Source: Promethearchaeia archaeon
GTDB taxonomy: Archaea > Asgardarchaeota > Lokiarchaeia > Sigyniarchaeales > SOKP01
Assembly (NCBI GenBank): GCA_029856045.1
Contig: JAHQWG010000016.1
Location: 320,001 to 384,000, forward strand
Reading direction: 5' to 3'
Length of the DNA: 64,000 nucleotides
Numbering within the stretch: the first letter of the stretch is position 1; every line of letters begins with the position of its first letter. Positions 8,952 to 19,270 of the stretch are shown here, in pieces. A program made the translations under genes and the position numbers. The notes beneath the pieces are model-generated. The model had not been told where the DNA came from. It did not search any database and worked only from the letters and a program-made list of their open reading frames with translations.

Positions 8952-9814
8952 TGATTAAAAAACCGCGAATGGTTCAAATATCGGAGATTGTCCAAGAGTC
9001 AAAGGATGTTAAAACTTTTACTTTTAATATCAATTCAATACTCAATAATTACTCGATTCAATATCAAGATCCCACTCCTGGTGAGTTTTTAATGGTGTGG
9101 GTACCCGGAATAGATGAAATTCCAATGTCCCTATCTGGATTTAACAATAATAAAGATTGGAGTATAACCGTTAAAAAAGTAGGAGAATGTACCGAAACAC
9201 TCTTCAATTTAGAAAAGAGTGATTTAATAGGAATACGAGGACCATTTGGTAATGGATTTCAAATTCTTGAATTTAACTCTAATAACCAATTAAACATTGT
9301 CGTTGGTGGTGGCATTGGAATGGCTCCATTAATACCATTAATTTCTGAATTAATAAAACTAAAAATAAAGATAATTGTAATAGAAGGTGTAAAAAGTAAG
9401 GAAGAAATTATCTTTAAAAAGTATTTAGAAAACTATTTGATAGAAAATGAAACCTTCTATATCTCAACGGATGATGGGAGTTATGGATATAAAGGATTTG
9501 CAACAGATCTTTTTAATTCAATTATAAAAAAGGAAATAGAAAAAGGAAATAAAATAAATCAAGTGAATAGTTGCGGACCAGAACAAATGATGTATGAATT
9601 ATTTCATATTTGCGAAAAACTTAATATTACTTTTCAAGGAAGTCTTGAAAGAATGATGCGGTGTGGATTTGGTATGTGTGGATTATGTGTATTAGATCCC
9701 TCAGGTATTAGAGTTTGTCGGGAAGGTCCAGTTCTTGATTCAAAAATTTTAAGAACTTGTACTGATTTTGGTAAATATAATAGAGATTTTAGCGGCAAAA
9801 AAAATACGATATAG
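8951..9814 (+). CDS. pyrK: Dihydroorotate dehydrogenase electron-transfer subunit
   Basis: IRGPFGNGF, GGGIGMAP, CGPEQM, MRCGFGMCGLC...VCREGPV [2Fe-2S] motif. Confidence 0.95.
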   Translation: MIKKPRMVQISEIVQESKDVKTFTFNINSILNNYSIQYQDPTPGEFLMVWVPGIDEIPMSLSGFNNNKDWSITVKKVGECTETLFNLEKSDLIGIRGPFGNGFQILEFNSNNQLNIVVGGGIGMAPLIPLISELIKLKIKIIVIEGVKSKEEIIFKKYLENYLIENETFYISTDDGSYGYKGFATDLFNSIIKKEIEKGNKINQVNSCGPEQMMYELFHICEKLNITFQGSLERMMRCGFGMCGLCVLDPSGIRVCREGPVLDSKILRTCTDFGKYNRDFSGKKNTI

Positions 9815-9833
9815 AAGTTAGAGTCAATTTTTA

Positions 9834-11465
9834 ATGCAATCACAAAATTTGGATGCTTCATCTGAAACTGAAAAAAAAGTTGCTCGAGAAATAATTGATT
9901 TTTTATTTAAACATCCAAATTTCAATAAAACAAAAATAACACAACTTAAAGGTAAAATTGGCAAAAGATATAGATACTTTAAGGTTATAAAGAATGCAAC
10001 TATTCTAAAATACGCAAAAGATTCAGAATATGAATTTTTAACTAATCTATTAAAGAGAAGAATAACACGAACAATTTCTGGAGTCACAATTATTGCAATA
10101 ATGACTAAACCCCTTCCTTGCCCAGGGACTTGTATATATTGTCCCGGTCCTGATTCACAACCTGATAAACCAGTAGCACAATCATACACGGGATTGGAAC
10201 CTGCTGCAATGAGGTCCATTCACAACAATTACGATCCTTACTTACAAGTCAAAAGTCGTATAGAAGATTTAGAAGCAATTGGCCATGTTGTAGATAAGAT
10301 AGAGCTAATTATAATGGGAGGAACATTCTTATCCACGGATATTGAGTACCAAAAGTCGTTTATTCAAGGAGCATTAGAAGGAGTTATTGAAAAAAAAGTT
10401 TTTTCTCTTAATAAAGCGAAGCAAATGGCTGAAAAATCATCTCGAACATTAGTTGGATTGACTATTGAGACTCGTCCTGATTATTGTACTCAAAAATATA
10501 TTGATTATATGTTGGATTATAGTGCCACTAGAGTAGAAATCGGAGTTCAGACTGTTTTCAACAATATTTTTAAATTAGTAAATCGAGGGCATACCACTAA
10601 AGAGAGTATTGAAGCAATTAGATGGGCAAAAGATGCAGGTTTAAAAGTAAATACTCATATAATGCCAAATTTACCTGGTTCAAATTATTCTAAAGACTTG
10701 GAATTGTTTGAAGTCCTTTTTTCTGACCCAGATTATAAACCTGATCTACTAAAAATTTATCCTTGTTTAGTTGTAAAAGGAACCGAATTATATAATTGGT
10801 GGAGGGAAGGAAAATATAAACCATATGATTTGGATAAACTTATTGATTTAATTGCAAATGTAAAAAGAAACCTTCCACCATATGTTAGGATACAAAGAAT
10901 AATGCGAGATATACCTGCTCAGTTAATAGAGGCGGGTTGTAAAAAGAGTAATTTGAGACAACTTGTTCAAGAAAGATTAAGTCAATTAAATAGCAGTTGT
11001 AATTGCATTCGATGCCGTGAATATGGTATATCAAACAGAGATGATGTGATTGATACAAATTCTTTTGAAGATATCAAACTATATAGATTGGATTATGAAG
11101 CATCAATGGGTTTTGAAGTATTTTTATCTTATGAAAATAAAAATGAAAATTATTTAATTGGATATTTACGCTTAAGAAAACCCTCTGAGTTCGCTCATAG
11201 ACCTGAATTAAATGATGGAAATACTATGATAGTAAGAGAAATAAAAGTTGTAGGAGAATTAGTTCCAAAAGGCTCCAAACCAAATAAGGAATCTCAAATA
11301 CAGCACCGCGGGTTTGGAAAAGAACTTATAGAACATGCTGAAAAAATATCAAGAGAGGAGTTTGATGCAAAAAAATTAGCGGTAATAAGCGGTCTTGGAG
11401 TAAAGCGATGGTTCAAAAAATTAGGATATGATAAAGACGGACCATATGTTTCAATTAAGTTATAA
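9834..11465 (+). CDS. elp3: Elp3 radical SAM/GNAT tRNA U34 carboxymethyltransferase
   Basis: CPGTCIYCPG, MGGTF, ETRPD, QHRGFG, ISGLGV. Confidence 0.96.
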   Translation: MQSQNLDASSETEKKVAREIIDFLFKHPNFNKTKITQLKGKIGKRYRYFKVIKNATILKYAKDSEYEFLTNLLKRRITRTISGVTIIAIMTKPLPCPGTCIYCPGPDSQPDKPVAQSYTGLEPAAMRSIHNNYDPYLQVKSRIEDLEAIGHVVDKIELIIMGGTFLSTDIEYQKSFIQGALEGVIEKKVFSLNKAKQMAEKSSRTLVGLTIETRPDYCTQKYIDYMLDYSATRVEIGVQTVFNNIFKLVNRGHTTKESIEAIRWAKDAGLKVNTHIMPNLPGSNYSKDLELFEVLFSDPDYKPDLLKIYPCLVVKGTELYNWWREGKYKPYDLDKLIDLIANVKRNLPPYVRIQRIMRDIPAQLIEAGCKKSNLRQLVQERLSQLNSSCNCIRCREYGISNRDDVIDTNSFEDIKLYRLDYEASMGFEVFLSYENKNENYLIGYLRLRKPSEFAHRPELNDGNTMIVREIKVVGELVPKGSKPNKESQIQHRGFGKELIEHAEKISREEFDAKKLAVISGLGVKRWFKKLGYDKDGPYVSIKL

Positions 11466-11541
11466 TAAAATAAAAAGTTAAAATTTAATGAATAAATAGA
11501 ATTTAAAAAAGTTATAAACCTCCAAAATAACTGTTAAAAGA

Positions 11542-13473
11542 TTGAAGATGACAGGATATAATTATAAAGAACTTGGGTTAAAATGCGGAATAGAGGTTCA
11601 CCAGCAGTTAGATTCAAAAACTAAATTATTTTGTAGATGTCCCAGTGAATTACAAGGTAGCAGGCCTCTTGATTTTACGATTCTTAGATATATGAGACCA
11701 GTTCTAGGAGAGATGGGTGAATATGATGAAGCTATGCTTACAGAATATTCAAAGGGAATGACAATTATATATGAAGGCTACAATGATTTGATTTGTACTT
11801 ATGAGCTAGATGAAACCCCTCCATTTGAATGTAATCCAGAAGCTATTAATATTGCCCTAATGATTGCCTCTCTTTTAAAAATGACTATAATCAATGAATT
11901 ACATATCTCACGCAAAAATTATCTTGATGGAAGTGTCCCATGTGGTTTTCAAAGAACTACAGTAGTTGCAACCGATGGAGAAATAATTTTAGGAAGTGGA
12001 AAAACAATAGGATTAGACTTTATTTGTTTAGAAGAAGATGCTGCAAGGAAGATCAAAACAGAAAATAAAATTCAATATTTTCGATTAGATCGATTAGGTA
12101 TTCCTCTTGTTGAAATTACTACCAAACCTGATATTTTTACTCCACAAGAAGCTCGAGACTGTGCAGAACGTATTGGATTACTTCTTTGGGGAACGGGGAA
12201 GGTAAAAACTATCTTAGGCTCCATAAGACAGGATTTAAATATTAGTATTGAAAGAGGGACCCGTATTGAAATTAAAGGAGTCCAAAAATTAGATTGGTTT
12301 AAACCTTTAATTAATAATGAAATATCTCGACAATTGACATTAATCGAAATTGCGGATAAATTAAACAAAAAAGAAGCAAAAAAAGAAGATATCAAAGAAG
12401 ATATTGTTGATCTCTCTAAAGAATTAAAGAGTACTAAGTGTGGTTTTGTAAATAATGGTATAAAATCAGGTAAAAAATTATTTGGAATAAATTTACCTGG
12501 ATTTGGTGGGATATTTGGTATTGAACTCCAACCAAATAGAAGATTTGGAACTGAGATTGCAAATAAAGTTAAAATAATCTCCGGACTTAAAGGTCTCATT
12601 CATTCTGATGAGAGTTTAAGGGAATATGGGTTTTCAGATAAAGAAATAGATATTATTAAAAACAAATTAAACACAAAAGATTCTGATTGTTTTGTATTAG
12701 TTTTAGGAAAAGAGAAAAACGTTAAAAAAGCAATGGATGTAATAATTAAAAGAATTAAATTAGCATTTAAAGGAGTTCCTAGCGAAACACGAAGAGCCTT
12801 GGAAGATGGAAATACTGAATTTCTTAGAGAATTACATGGAGGTGCTCGCCTATACCCAGATACGGATTCTAAAGCAATTACTATAACTAAGGATAGAATT
12901 AAAAAGATTCAACAAGTTCTGCCAGAATATCCGTGGGATTTGATGAAGAGATATTCTGAAGAGTTTAAAATTAAAGAACGATCCATAAAGGACCTTATTT
13001 TTGAAGGAAAATTAAAATTATTTGAAGACTTGATTAAAATCTATAAAGAAAATCCTACTCTTATAATTACTACATTATTAGAGACGATAAAAGCCTTAAA
13101 AAGGGATGGAACAAAGGTGAACAATCTTACTGATAAGCATTTTATTGATCTATTCACTTCATTAAAAAATAATGAGATTAGTAAAGAAGCTATTGAAGAT
13201 ATTCTAATTAAACTTTCCAACTCTCCGAATATAAGTTTAAAAGAAGCAAAAGAACAATTAAAAATAATCAAGCTTTCAGACGATGATTTGATCAAATCAA
13301 TTCAAAAAATCATCAATAAAGAAGTAGAACTAATTAGAAAAAGTGAAATGAGAGCTTTTGGCCCTTTAATGGGAGAAGTGATGAAAGAGGTAAGAGGAAA
13401 GATTGATGGCAAAATTGTTGCTGAAAAATTAAAAGAAGCAATTATAAATAAATTAGAGGAGTTAAAAAAATGA
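11542..13473 (+). CDS. gatE: Glu-tRNA(Gln) amidotransferase subunit E
   Basis: GIEVHQQL, KLFCRC, GFQRT, LEEDAAR, RLGIPLVEI, RLYPDTD. Confidence 0.96.
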   Translation: MKMTGYNYKELGLKCGIEVHQQLDSKTKLFCRCPSELQGSRPLDFTILRYMRPVLGEMGEYDEAMLTEYSKGMTIIYEGYNDLICTYELDETPPFECNPEAINIALMIASLLKMTIINELHISRKNYLDGSVPCGFQRTTVVATDGEIILGSGKTIGLDFICLEEDAARKIKTENKIQYFRLDRLGIPLVEITTKPDIFTPQEARDCAERIGLLLWGTGKVKTILGSIRQDLNISIERGTRIEIKGVQKLDWFKPLINNEISRQLTLIEIADKLNKKEAKKEDIKEDIVDLSKELKSTKCGFVNNGIKSGKKLFGINLPGFGGIFGIELQPNRRFGTEIANKVKIISGLKGLIHSDESLREYGFSDKEIDIIKNKLNTKDSDCFVLVLGKEKNVKKAMDVIIKRIKLAFKGVPSETRRALEDGNTEFLRELHGGARLYPDTDSKAITITKDRIKKIQQVLPEYPWDLMKRYSEEFKIKERSIKDLIFEGKLKLFEDLIKIYKENPTLIITTLLETIKALKRDGTKVNNLTDKHFIDLFTSLKNNEISKEAIEDILIKLSNSPNISLKEAKEQLKIIKLSDDDLIKSIQKIINKEVELIRKSEMRAFGPLMGEVMKEVRGKIDGKIVAEKLKEAIINKLEELKK

Positions 13474-14828
13474 GTAAAAATCAAAATAATGAAAAATATC
13501 CTGGATATTCTAAAGACGCAATAGATATTTTAGAAAAATTTGGTGCAAAAATCTGGTCAATTATTGAAATAAAAACAGAAACTACCAGATATAAAGGTAT
13601 TTTACTCCCCCGATCCAAGTATTCAGAACCGGGATTGATCGAAATTAAATTAGAAAATGGTTATAATATTGGAGTTAAAATATCAAAAGATATAGAAATC
13701 AAAATTCTTGGTAATCGTGAAGGAAAATATAAAATACCTGAAAAAACATTTCCTATAAATAAAAAATTACCAAATATCAAGCTTTTTGGTACTGGTGGAA
13801 CTGTTGCAGCTAGACTTGATTATACAACTGGTGCTGTTATTCCTGCCTTCACACCAGGAGAATTATTCAGTGCAGTTCCAGAACTAGCAGATATCTGCAA
13901 TTTAGACACTGAAATTGTCTTTGAAATTCTTTCGGAAGATATGAAACCAAGTTATTGGCAAATGTTGGCGGAAAAGGTAAAAAAGGAAGCAAATGCCGGT
14001 ATCGATGGAATTATTATTGGACATGGAACAGATACTATGAGCTTCACGTCTGCGGCTTTATCTTTTATGCTTAAAGATTTATCCATACCAGTCGTATTAG
14101 TTGGGAGTCAAAGAAGTAGTGATCGTCCATCTTCAGATTCTGCATTAAATTTAATTAATGCTGCAACTGTCGCAGCTAAATCTGACTTAGCAGAAGTAGT
14201 TGTATGTATGTTGGGTTCCTCATCTCATAAATACGGACTCATTCATAGAGGTACACGTGTAAGAAAAATGCACACCTCCTATAGACACACATTCAGAACG
14301 ATTGGAAATATTCCTTTAGGAAAGGTGGAAAATGGAAAAATAACCATGTTTCAAACCGATTATCAAAAAAGAACAAAATCTGAAACCAAAACAATTTCAA
14401 AATTTGAAGAAAAAATTGGATTAATTTATTCCTATCCGGGAATGACAAATGATATTATTAATTTTTATATAGATAAAAAATATAGAGGAATAGTTCTTGC
14501 TGGAACTGGTTTAGGCCATACCTCAACATATATATTTGATTCAATTAAGAGAGCAATTGAAGAAGGAATAATAATTTTAATGGTCTCTCAATGTCTTAAT
14601 GGTTTTGTAGGAATGGATGTTTATTCTACAGGAAGAAATTTAACTCAATTAGGAGTTATTCCTGGTAAAAACTTGTTACCTGAAGTTGCTTACGTAAAAC
14701 TCGGATGGGTATTAGGGCAAACTCAAAATCCCGATGAAATAAAAAATTTATTGTTAAAAAATATTGCAGGAGAATTTTTAGAAAGAGAGATCCCAATCGC
14801 TTTTAATTATAATGCTGATGAATTATAA
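13470..14828 (+). CDS. gatD: Glu-tRNA(Gln) amidotransferase subunit D
   Basis: TGGTVA, HGTDTM, GSQRSSDRPSSD, asparaginase-like fold; ATGA overlap with gatE. Confidence 0.96.
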   Translation: MSKNQNNEKYPGYSKDAIDILEKFGAKIWSIIEIKTETTRYKGILLPRSKYSEPGLIEIKLENGYNIGVKISKDIEIKILGNREGKYKIPEKTFPINKKLPNIKLFGTGGTVAARLDYTTGAVIPAFTPGELFSAVPELADICNLDTEIVFEILSEDMKPSYWQMLAEKVKKEANAGIDGIIIGHGTDTMSFTSAALSFMLKDLSIPVVLVGSQRSSDRPSSDSALNLINAATVAAKSDLAEVVVCMLGSSSHKYGLIHRGTRVRKMHTSYRHTFRTIGNIPLGKVENGKITMFQTDYQKRTKSETKTISKFEEKIGLIYSYPGMTNDIINFYIDKKYRGIVLAGTGLGHTSTYIFDSIKRAIEEGIIILMVSQCLNGFVGMDVYSTGRNLTQLGVIPGKNLLPEVAYVKLGWVLGQTQNPDEIKNLLLKNIAGEFLEREIPIAFNYNADEL

Positions 14829-14920
14829 AAAAATAAACATAAAACATAAAAATTTTGTAATATTTTACTTTTTTATATTTTTAAGCAGTTATTAAAAATA
14901 AACGAACGTTGTGTAATTAG

Positions 14921-15640
14921 ATGGGAAAACGAATTTTAGTTCAGCGTAAAGGACGTGGAGGCTTAAATTTTCGAAGCCCTAGCCATAAACATATTGGATC
15001 GGTCCATTATCGTAATATTATAGACAGAAATGATGTAAAGAAATTCAAAATTATCGAATTACTTCATTCTCCTGGAAGAGGAGCTCCGGTTGCTAGAGTG
15101 AGATATAATGATGGAGAAGTTCATTTGTTCCTTCCTCCAGAAGGTATTTTTGTAGGTGACGAATTTACTCATGGAGCTGGAGGAAAAATTGAAGTTGGTA
15201 ATGTAATTCCAATTAAGGACGCCCCTCTTGGAACTTATGTATTTAACATAGAATCAACACCTTTTGATGGAGGAAAATTCATTAGATCTTCAGGAACTAC
15301 AGGAAATATTATAGGACACTCAAAAAACTCAACAGAAATACAATTCCCTTCAAAAAAAAAGCGTTTATTTAATGATAATTGCTTATGTACGATAGGAATC
15401 GTCGCGGGTGGTGGTAGAACTGAAAAACCATTCGTGAAAGCTGGAAATAAATACCACTATATAAAACCTAAAGCTAAAAAGTGGCCAATTACTCGAGGTG
15501 TAGCCATGAATGCGGTGTCACATCCTCACGGAGGTGGTGCAAAACAGGGACCTGGAGGTCCAACCACAATTTCTCGTAATGCTCCTCCAGGAAGGAAAGT
15601 TGGATTAATTGCAGCAAGAAGATCTGGTCGTAGAAAATAA
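14921..15640 (+). CDS. rpl2: 50S ribosomal protein uL2
   Basis: MGKRILVQRKGRG, RGVAMNAVSHPHGGG, PPGRKVGLIAARR. Confidence 0.97.
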   Translation: MGKRILVQRKGRGGLNFRSPSHKHIGSVHYRNIIDRNDVKKFKIIELLHSPGRGAPVARVRYNDGEVHLFLPPEGIFVGDEFTHGAGGKIEVGNVIPIKDAPLGTYVFNIESTPFDGGKFIRSSGTTGNIIGHSKNSTEIQFPSKKKRLFNDNCLCTIGIVAGGGRTEKPFVKAGNKYHYIKPKAKKWPITRGVAMNAVSHPHGGGAKQGPGGPTTISRNAPPGRKVGLIAARRSGRRK

Positions 15641-15680
15641 AATAAATAAATAATTTTATATTTATTAAAAATCTAGGATA

Positions 15681-17390
15681 TTATTTCGTTTCTTCTCGAA
15701 GCGCCCTTTTTAACACTTTACCTACTGTAGTTAGCGGAAGTTCGTCTCGAAATTCCCAAATTTTCGGATTCTCGTATTTCGAAAGATTTTTATTGCCATA
15801 TTCCTTTATATCTTCTTTTATTGAATCAGTTAATTGAACACCTTCTTTAAGTTTAACAACCGCCTTCACAATTTCACTCCCAGGTCGGTCTGGATCCTTA
15901 ATCCCAATGATAGCAACGAGTTCAATATCAGGATGTTTAACTAAAATATCTTCAACATGAACGCTGTATACTTTATAACCACTTACAATTAACATATCTT
16001 TTGTACGATCTACAATTTTAAGATATCCCTCTTCATCCATTACTCCAACATCACCTGTGTGAAACCAATTATCGATAATTGTTTGTGCATTTGCTTCAGG
16101 TTTCTCATAATATCCTCTAGTTACTTGTGGTCCTCTGCAGATTATTTCCCCAGGTTCCCCGATCCCAACTTGTTCACCTGTTTCTATATCAATGAGCCGG
16201 ATATCAGTATCAGACACTGGTAATCCAACAGTGCCAATTTTTTTTTTCCCAAAATAAGGATTCATTGTAAGAATGGGTGAAGTCTCGGTCATGCCGTATA
16301 CTTCTAAGACTTTATTTCCAGCTTCCATTTTTTTTTCATAGTCGATAATAGCTTCTGCTGGAAATGGTGCTGCTCCCGATACATAAATCTTAACATTGTC
16401 TAATACTGATCTAGGAATCTTTTTTCTTTTTGGATTATTCATTATCATGAGATATAATGTCGGTACATTGCAAATAATAGTAGGTTTTTTATCAATCATT
16501 TCTTCGATTAAATGATCAGTATCTCTTGGATTTGCAATTAATACTTGGGGATTTGAGACCCATACGGAAATCATACAAAATGCTAATCCCGCCAAATGAA
16601 AATAAGGGAAGGCAGATAAAAATACATCCTTACCAACTTCTACCGGTACCCAATTTGAGATCTGGGTCATGTTTGAAATTATATTAGCATGTGTAAGTTC
16701 TGTCCCCTTTGGGTATCCAGTTGTCCCTCCGGTATATTGTAAAAGTGCTAAATCATTATTTACGTCAATCGAGACTTCCTTCACATCAATAAGTGTATTC
16801 ATTACATCTTGAAATGGGATAACTTTCTTTCCTGGAAAAGGTTTCACTTTGCCTTTTGGAATCTTTTTTAATAATTTCCCAAGGAATACTACAAATTTTG
16901 AAAGCCCCATATATTCTGAAATATTCATATGTATTATAATCTCGAGGTTTGGTACTTTATCCAGGACTTTTTCAAGTACTTTTTCATAAATTGCATCTAA
17001 AGTTACAATAACCTTTGCCTTACTGTCATTTAACTGATATGTGATTTCTTCCTCACTTAAAAGGAACGAACAACCCGATGCCACTCCACCAGCTAATAAC
17101 GTTCCAAAGTGTGCAATTAGATATTGAGGACAATTTGGTAAATTAATAGCAACAACATCACCTTTCTTTAATCCATTTTGTTGCAAAAATGTAGCAAATT
17201 TATGAACAAACTCTCGAAGTTCTTTAAAAGTAATTTCTCTCTTCATGAACCAACATGCAGGCTGATCAGGAAATTTTGCCATTCCCTCATCAAAAGTTTT
17301 GCCAAGACTTTCAGTGGAATATTCCAAACTTGGTTTGACTGTTTCATCGTAGCTTTTAATCCAAATTTTTTCATCATACGCAGATGGAAT
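15681..17390 (-). CDS. Long-chain acyl-CoA synthetase / AMP-dependent ligase (ORF track start 17327; probable ATT start 17390)
   Basis: YTGGTTGYPKG AMP-binding motif, YGMTETSP, HTGD, VDRTKD, VGKVL. Confidence 0.92.
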   Translation of the reverse strand: MPSAYDEKIWIKSYDETVKPSLEYSTESLGKTFDEGMAKFPDQPACWFMKREITFKELREFVHKFATFLQQNGLKKGDVVAINLPNCPQYLIAHFGTLLAGGVASGCSFLLSEEEITYQLNDSKAKVIVTLDAIYEKVLEKVLDKVPNLEIIIHMNISEYMGLSKFVVFLGKLLKKIPKGKVKPFPGKKVIPFQDVMNTLIDVKEVSIDVNNDLALLQYTGGTTGYPKGTELTHANIISNMTQISNWVPVEVGKDVFLSAFPYFHLAGLAFCMISVWVSNPQVLIANPRDTDHLIEEMIDKKPTIICNVPTLYLMIMNNPKRKKIPRSVLDNVKIYVSGAAPFPAEAIIDYEKKMEAGNKVLEVYGMTETSPILTMNPYFGKKKIGTVGLPVSDTDIRLIDIETGEQVGIGEPGEIICRGPQVTRGYYEKPEANAQTIIDNWFHTGDVGVMDEEGYLKIVDRTKDMLIVSGYKVYSVHVEDILVKHPDIELVAIIGIKDPDRPGSEIVKAVVKLKEGVQLTDSIKEDIKEYGNKNLSKYENPKIWEFRDELPLTTVGKVLKRALREETK

Positions 17391-17599
17391 TTCAATTCAC
17401 CAAAATTACTGATTTTTTATAATGAAAAAGATATATGTCTTATTAATATTTAAAATCATTCGTTAAATGGTTAAAAAATGACGAATTATATAAACTCCAT
17501 CCATTACTATTTGACCATTTCAAAAATAATAATAAAAAAAATGCAAATTATTTTACAAATAAATACTACTACTATTAAAGGATAAAAAAAAATTAAAAA

Positions 17600-19093
17600 T
17601 TAGATTTTATAGATGGGATAAAATTTTTTCTCTAAATAATCAATGAAATATTTAGAGTCTAAATCTTCTCCAGTTACTTTCTTTAATAAATCACGTGGTT
17701 CATAAATTTTACCATACTGATGAATATTTTCTCGTAAATAAGAAAGCAACGTTGAAAAGTGTCCTTTTTCAAATTCTTCTGGAAGATTTGGCTGTTTTTC
17801 TAACACTTTTGAATAGATTTGGGCACCATAGAGATTTCCCAAAGCATACGTAGGAAAGTAACCAAAACCTCCTCCTGACCAATGAACATCTTGTAAAACG
17901 CCATTTGCATCGTCAGAGGGTTTTATACCTAATAACTCCTCCATTTTTCGATTCCATATTTGAGGTAATTCTGAAGCCAAAATATCTTCACCGATGAGCT
18001 TCTTCTCAATTTCATACCTAAGAATTATATGTAAAGAATAGGTTACCTCATCAGCTTCAACTCTAATTAATGAGGGTTGAACTGAATTAATCGAGCGATA
18101 AAATTCCTCTTCAGGAAAATTCTTAAGGTTTTCTGGAAAATATTTTTTTAAAATTGGATACCAATATTTCCAAAATTCCCGGCTACGTCCCACTATATTC
18201 TCCCATAATCTTGATTGAGACTCATGAATTCCAGATGAAGTCCCTTCGGCGAGTATAGTGTCATGTATTTCCTTCTTAAAGCCCATTTCATACAATGCAT
18301 GACCACATTCATGAATAGTTCCAAAAAGACATGCTGGTAGGAACTTTTCCCAAATACGAGTAGTAATTCTTGTATCTGTCGATGATAACGATGTTGTAAA
18401 AGGATGAGTTGATTTATCTTGACGACCAAACTCAAAACTATAATTTAACTTTTTAAGTACTTCAACGCTAAAATCCCATTGTTTTTCTGGATCATAATAT
18501 TTTTTAAGAATTTCTTGGTTAGGTTTATCACTTGATGAATCAAGCTTTTTAATTATTCTTATCAAATGTGATTTTAAATCATTAAAAATTTTTAAAATCC
18601 AATCAGATTTAGCACCCGGCTCAAATTCATCAAGCATTGTATCATAACGTGTTGGTCCAATGTCAATTTTATCAGATTCTTGCTGTTTTAATGAAACTAA
18701 TTTTTCTAATACTGGTTTAAACATTTTAAAATCGTTTTTGGCTCTTGCTTTTTCCCACGTTTTATGCCCAATAGTGGTTGTTTTAGCTATTTCCTTCACT
18801 AATTCGTTAGGAACTCTTACTGCCCTATCATATTCTCTTCTTGCTTCTCTAAGCATCGCAACATCAATTAAACTTGGGTTGGATAATCCTTCAGCCTTCT
18901 TTATTATTTCTGCTGTCTTATCAGAAACCAATTTTTCGTGAATAATTCCCTCAAGCAAAGCAATTTGTTCACCTCGACCCTGACTTGCACCTGGAGGCAT
19001 ATATACTTGCATATCCCATCCTAATAAGTAAGCAATATATTTTAAACGTACAATTTCAGTAAAATGTTCGCGCAATTTTTTTATCGGATCCAT
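17600..19093 (-). CDS. Carboxypeptidase Taq (M32)
   Basis: HPF, HECGH, HESQ, IRVEADE, QDVHW, YFPTYALG. Confidence 0.95.
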   Translation of the reverse strand: MDPIKKLREHFTEIVRLKYIAYLLGWDMQVYMPPGASQGRGEQIALLEGIIHEKLVSDKTAEIIKKAEGLSNPSLIDVAMLREARREYDRAVRVPNELVKEIAKTTTIGHKTWEKARAKNDFKMFKPVLEKLVSLKQQESDKIDIGPTRYDTMLDEFEPGAKSDWILKIFNDLKSHLIRIIKKLDSSSDKPNQEILKKYYDPEKQWDFSVEVLKKLNYSFEFGRQDKSTHPFTTSLSSTDTRITTRIWEKFLPACLFGTIHECGHALYEMGFKKEIHDTILAEGTSSGIHESQSRLWENIVGRSREFWKYWYPILKKYFPENLKNFPEEEFYRSINSVQPSLIRVEADEVTYSLHIILRYEIEKKLIGEDILASELPQIWNRKMEELLGIKPSDDANGVLQDVHWSGGGFGYFPTYALGNLYGAQIYSKVLEKQPNLPEEFEKGHFSTLLSYLRENIHQYGKIYEPRDLLKKVTGEDLDSKYFIDYLEKKFYPIYKI

Positions 19094-19149
19094 AATATTA
19101 ACCTTTAAGAATGTTATTTAAAAGATTGTATTATTAAATTCGGTTTATG

Positions 19150-19253
19150 AGGGCTATGGGGGATATCCTAAAAAGAGCGAGATGCCCTTCTTGTTCGAAC
19201 CCCCGACCGACGGATTAAGAGTCCGCTGCGCTACCTGACTGCGCTAATAGCCC
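19150..19253 (-). tRNA. tRNA-Lys(CTT) with a 30-nt intron in the T-loop (position 59/60; intron about 19164-19193)
   Basis: Minus strand: GGGCTAT acceptor, GCGC D-arm, GCGGA-CTCTTAA-TCCGT anticodon arm, GGGGG-TTCGAA[intron]T-CCCCC, ATAGCCC. Intron hairpin plus BHB-like geometry. Confidence 0.93.
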
Positions 19254-19270
19254 ATTTATTTCCAATTGAA

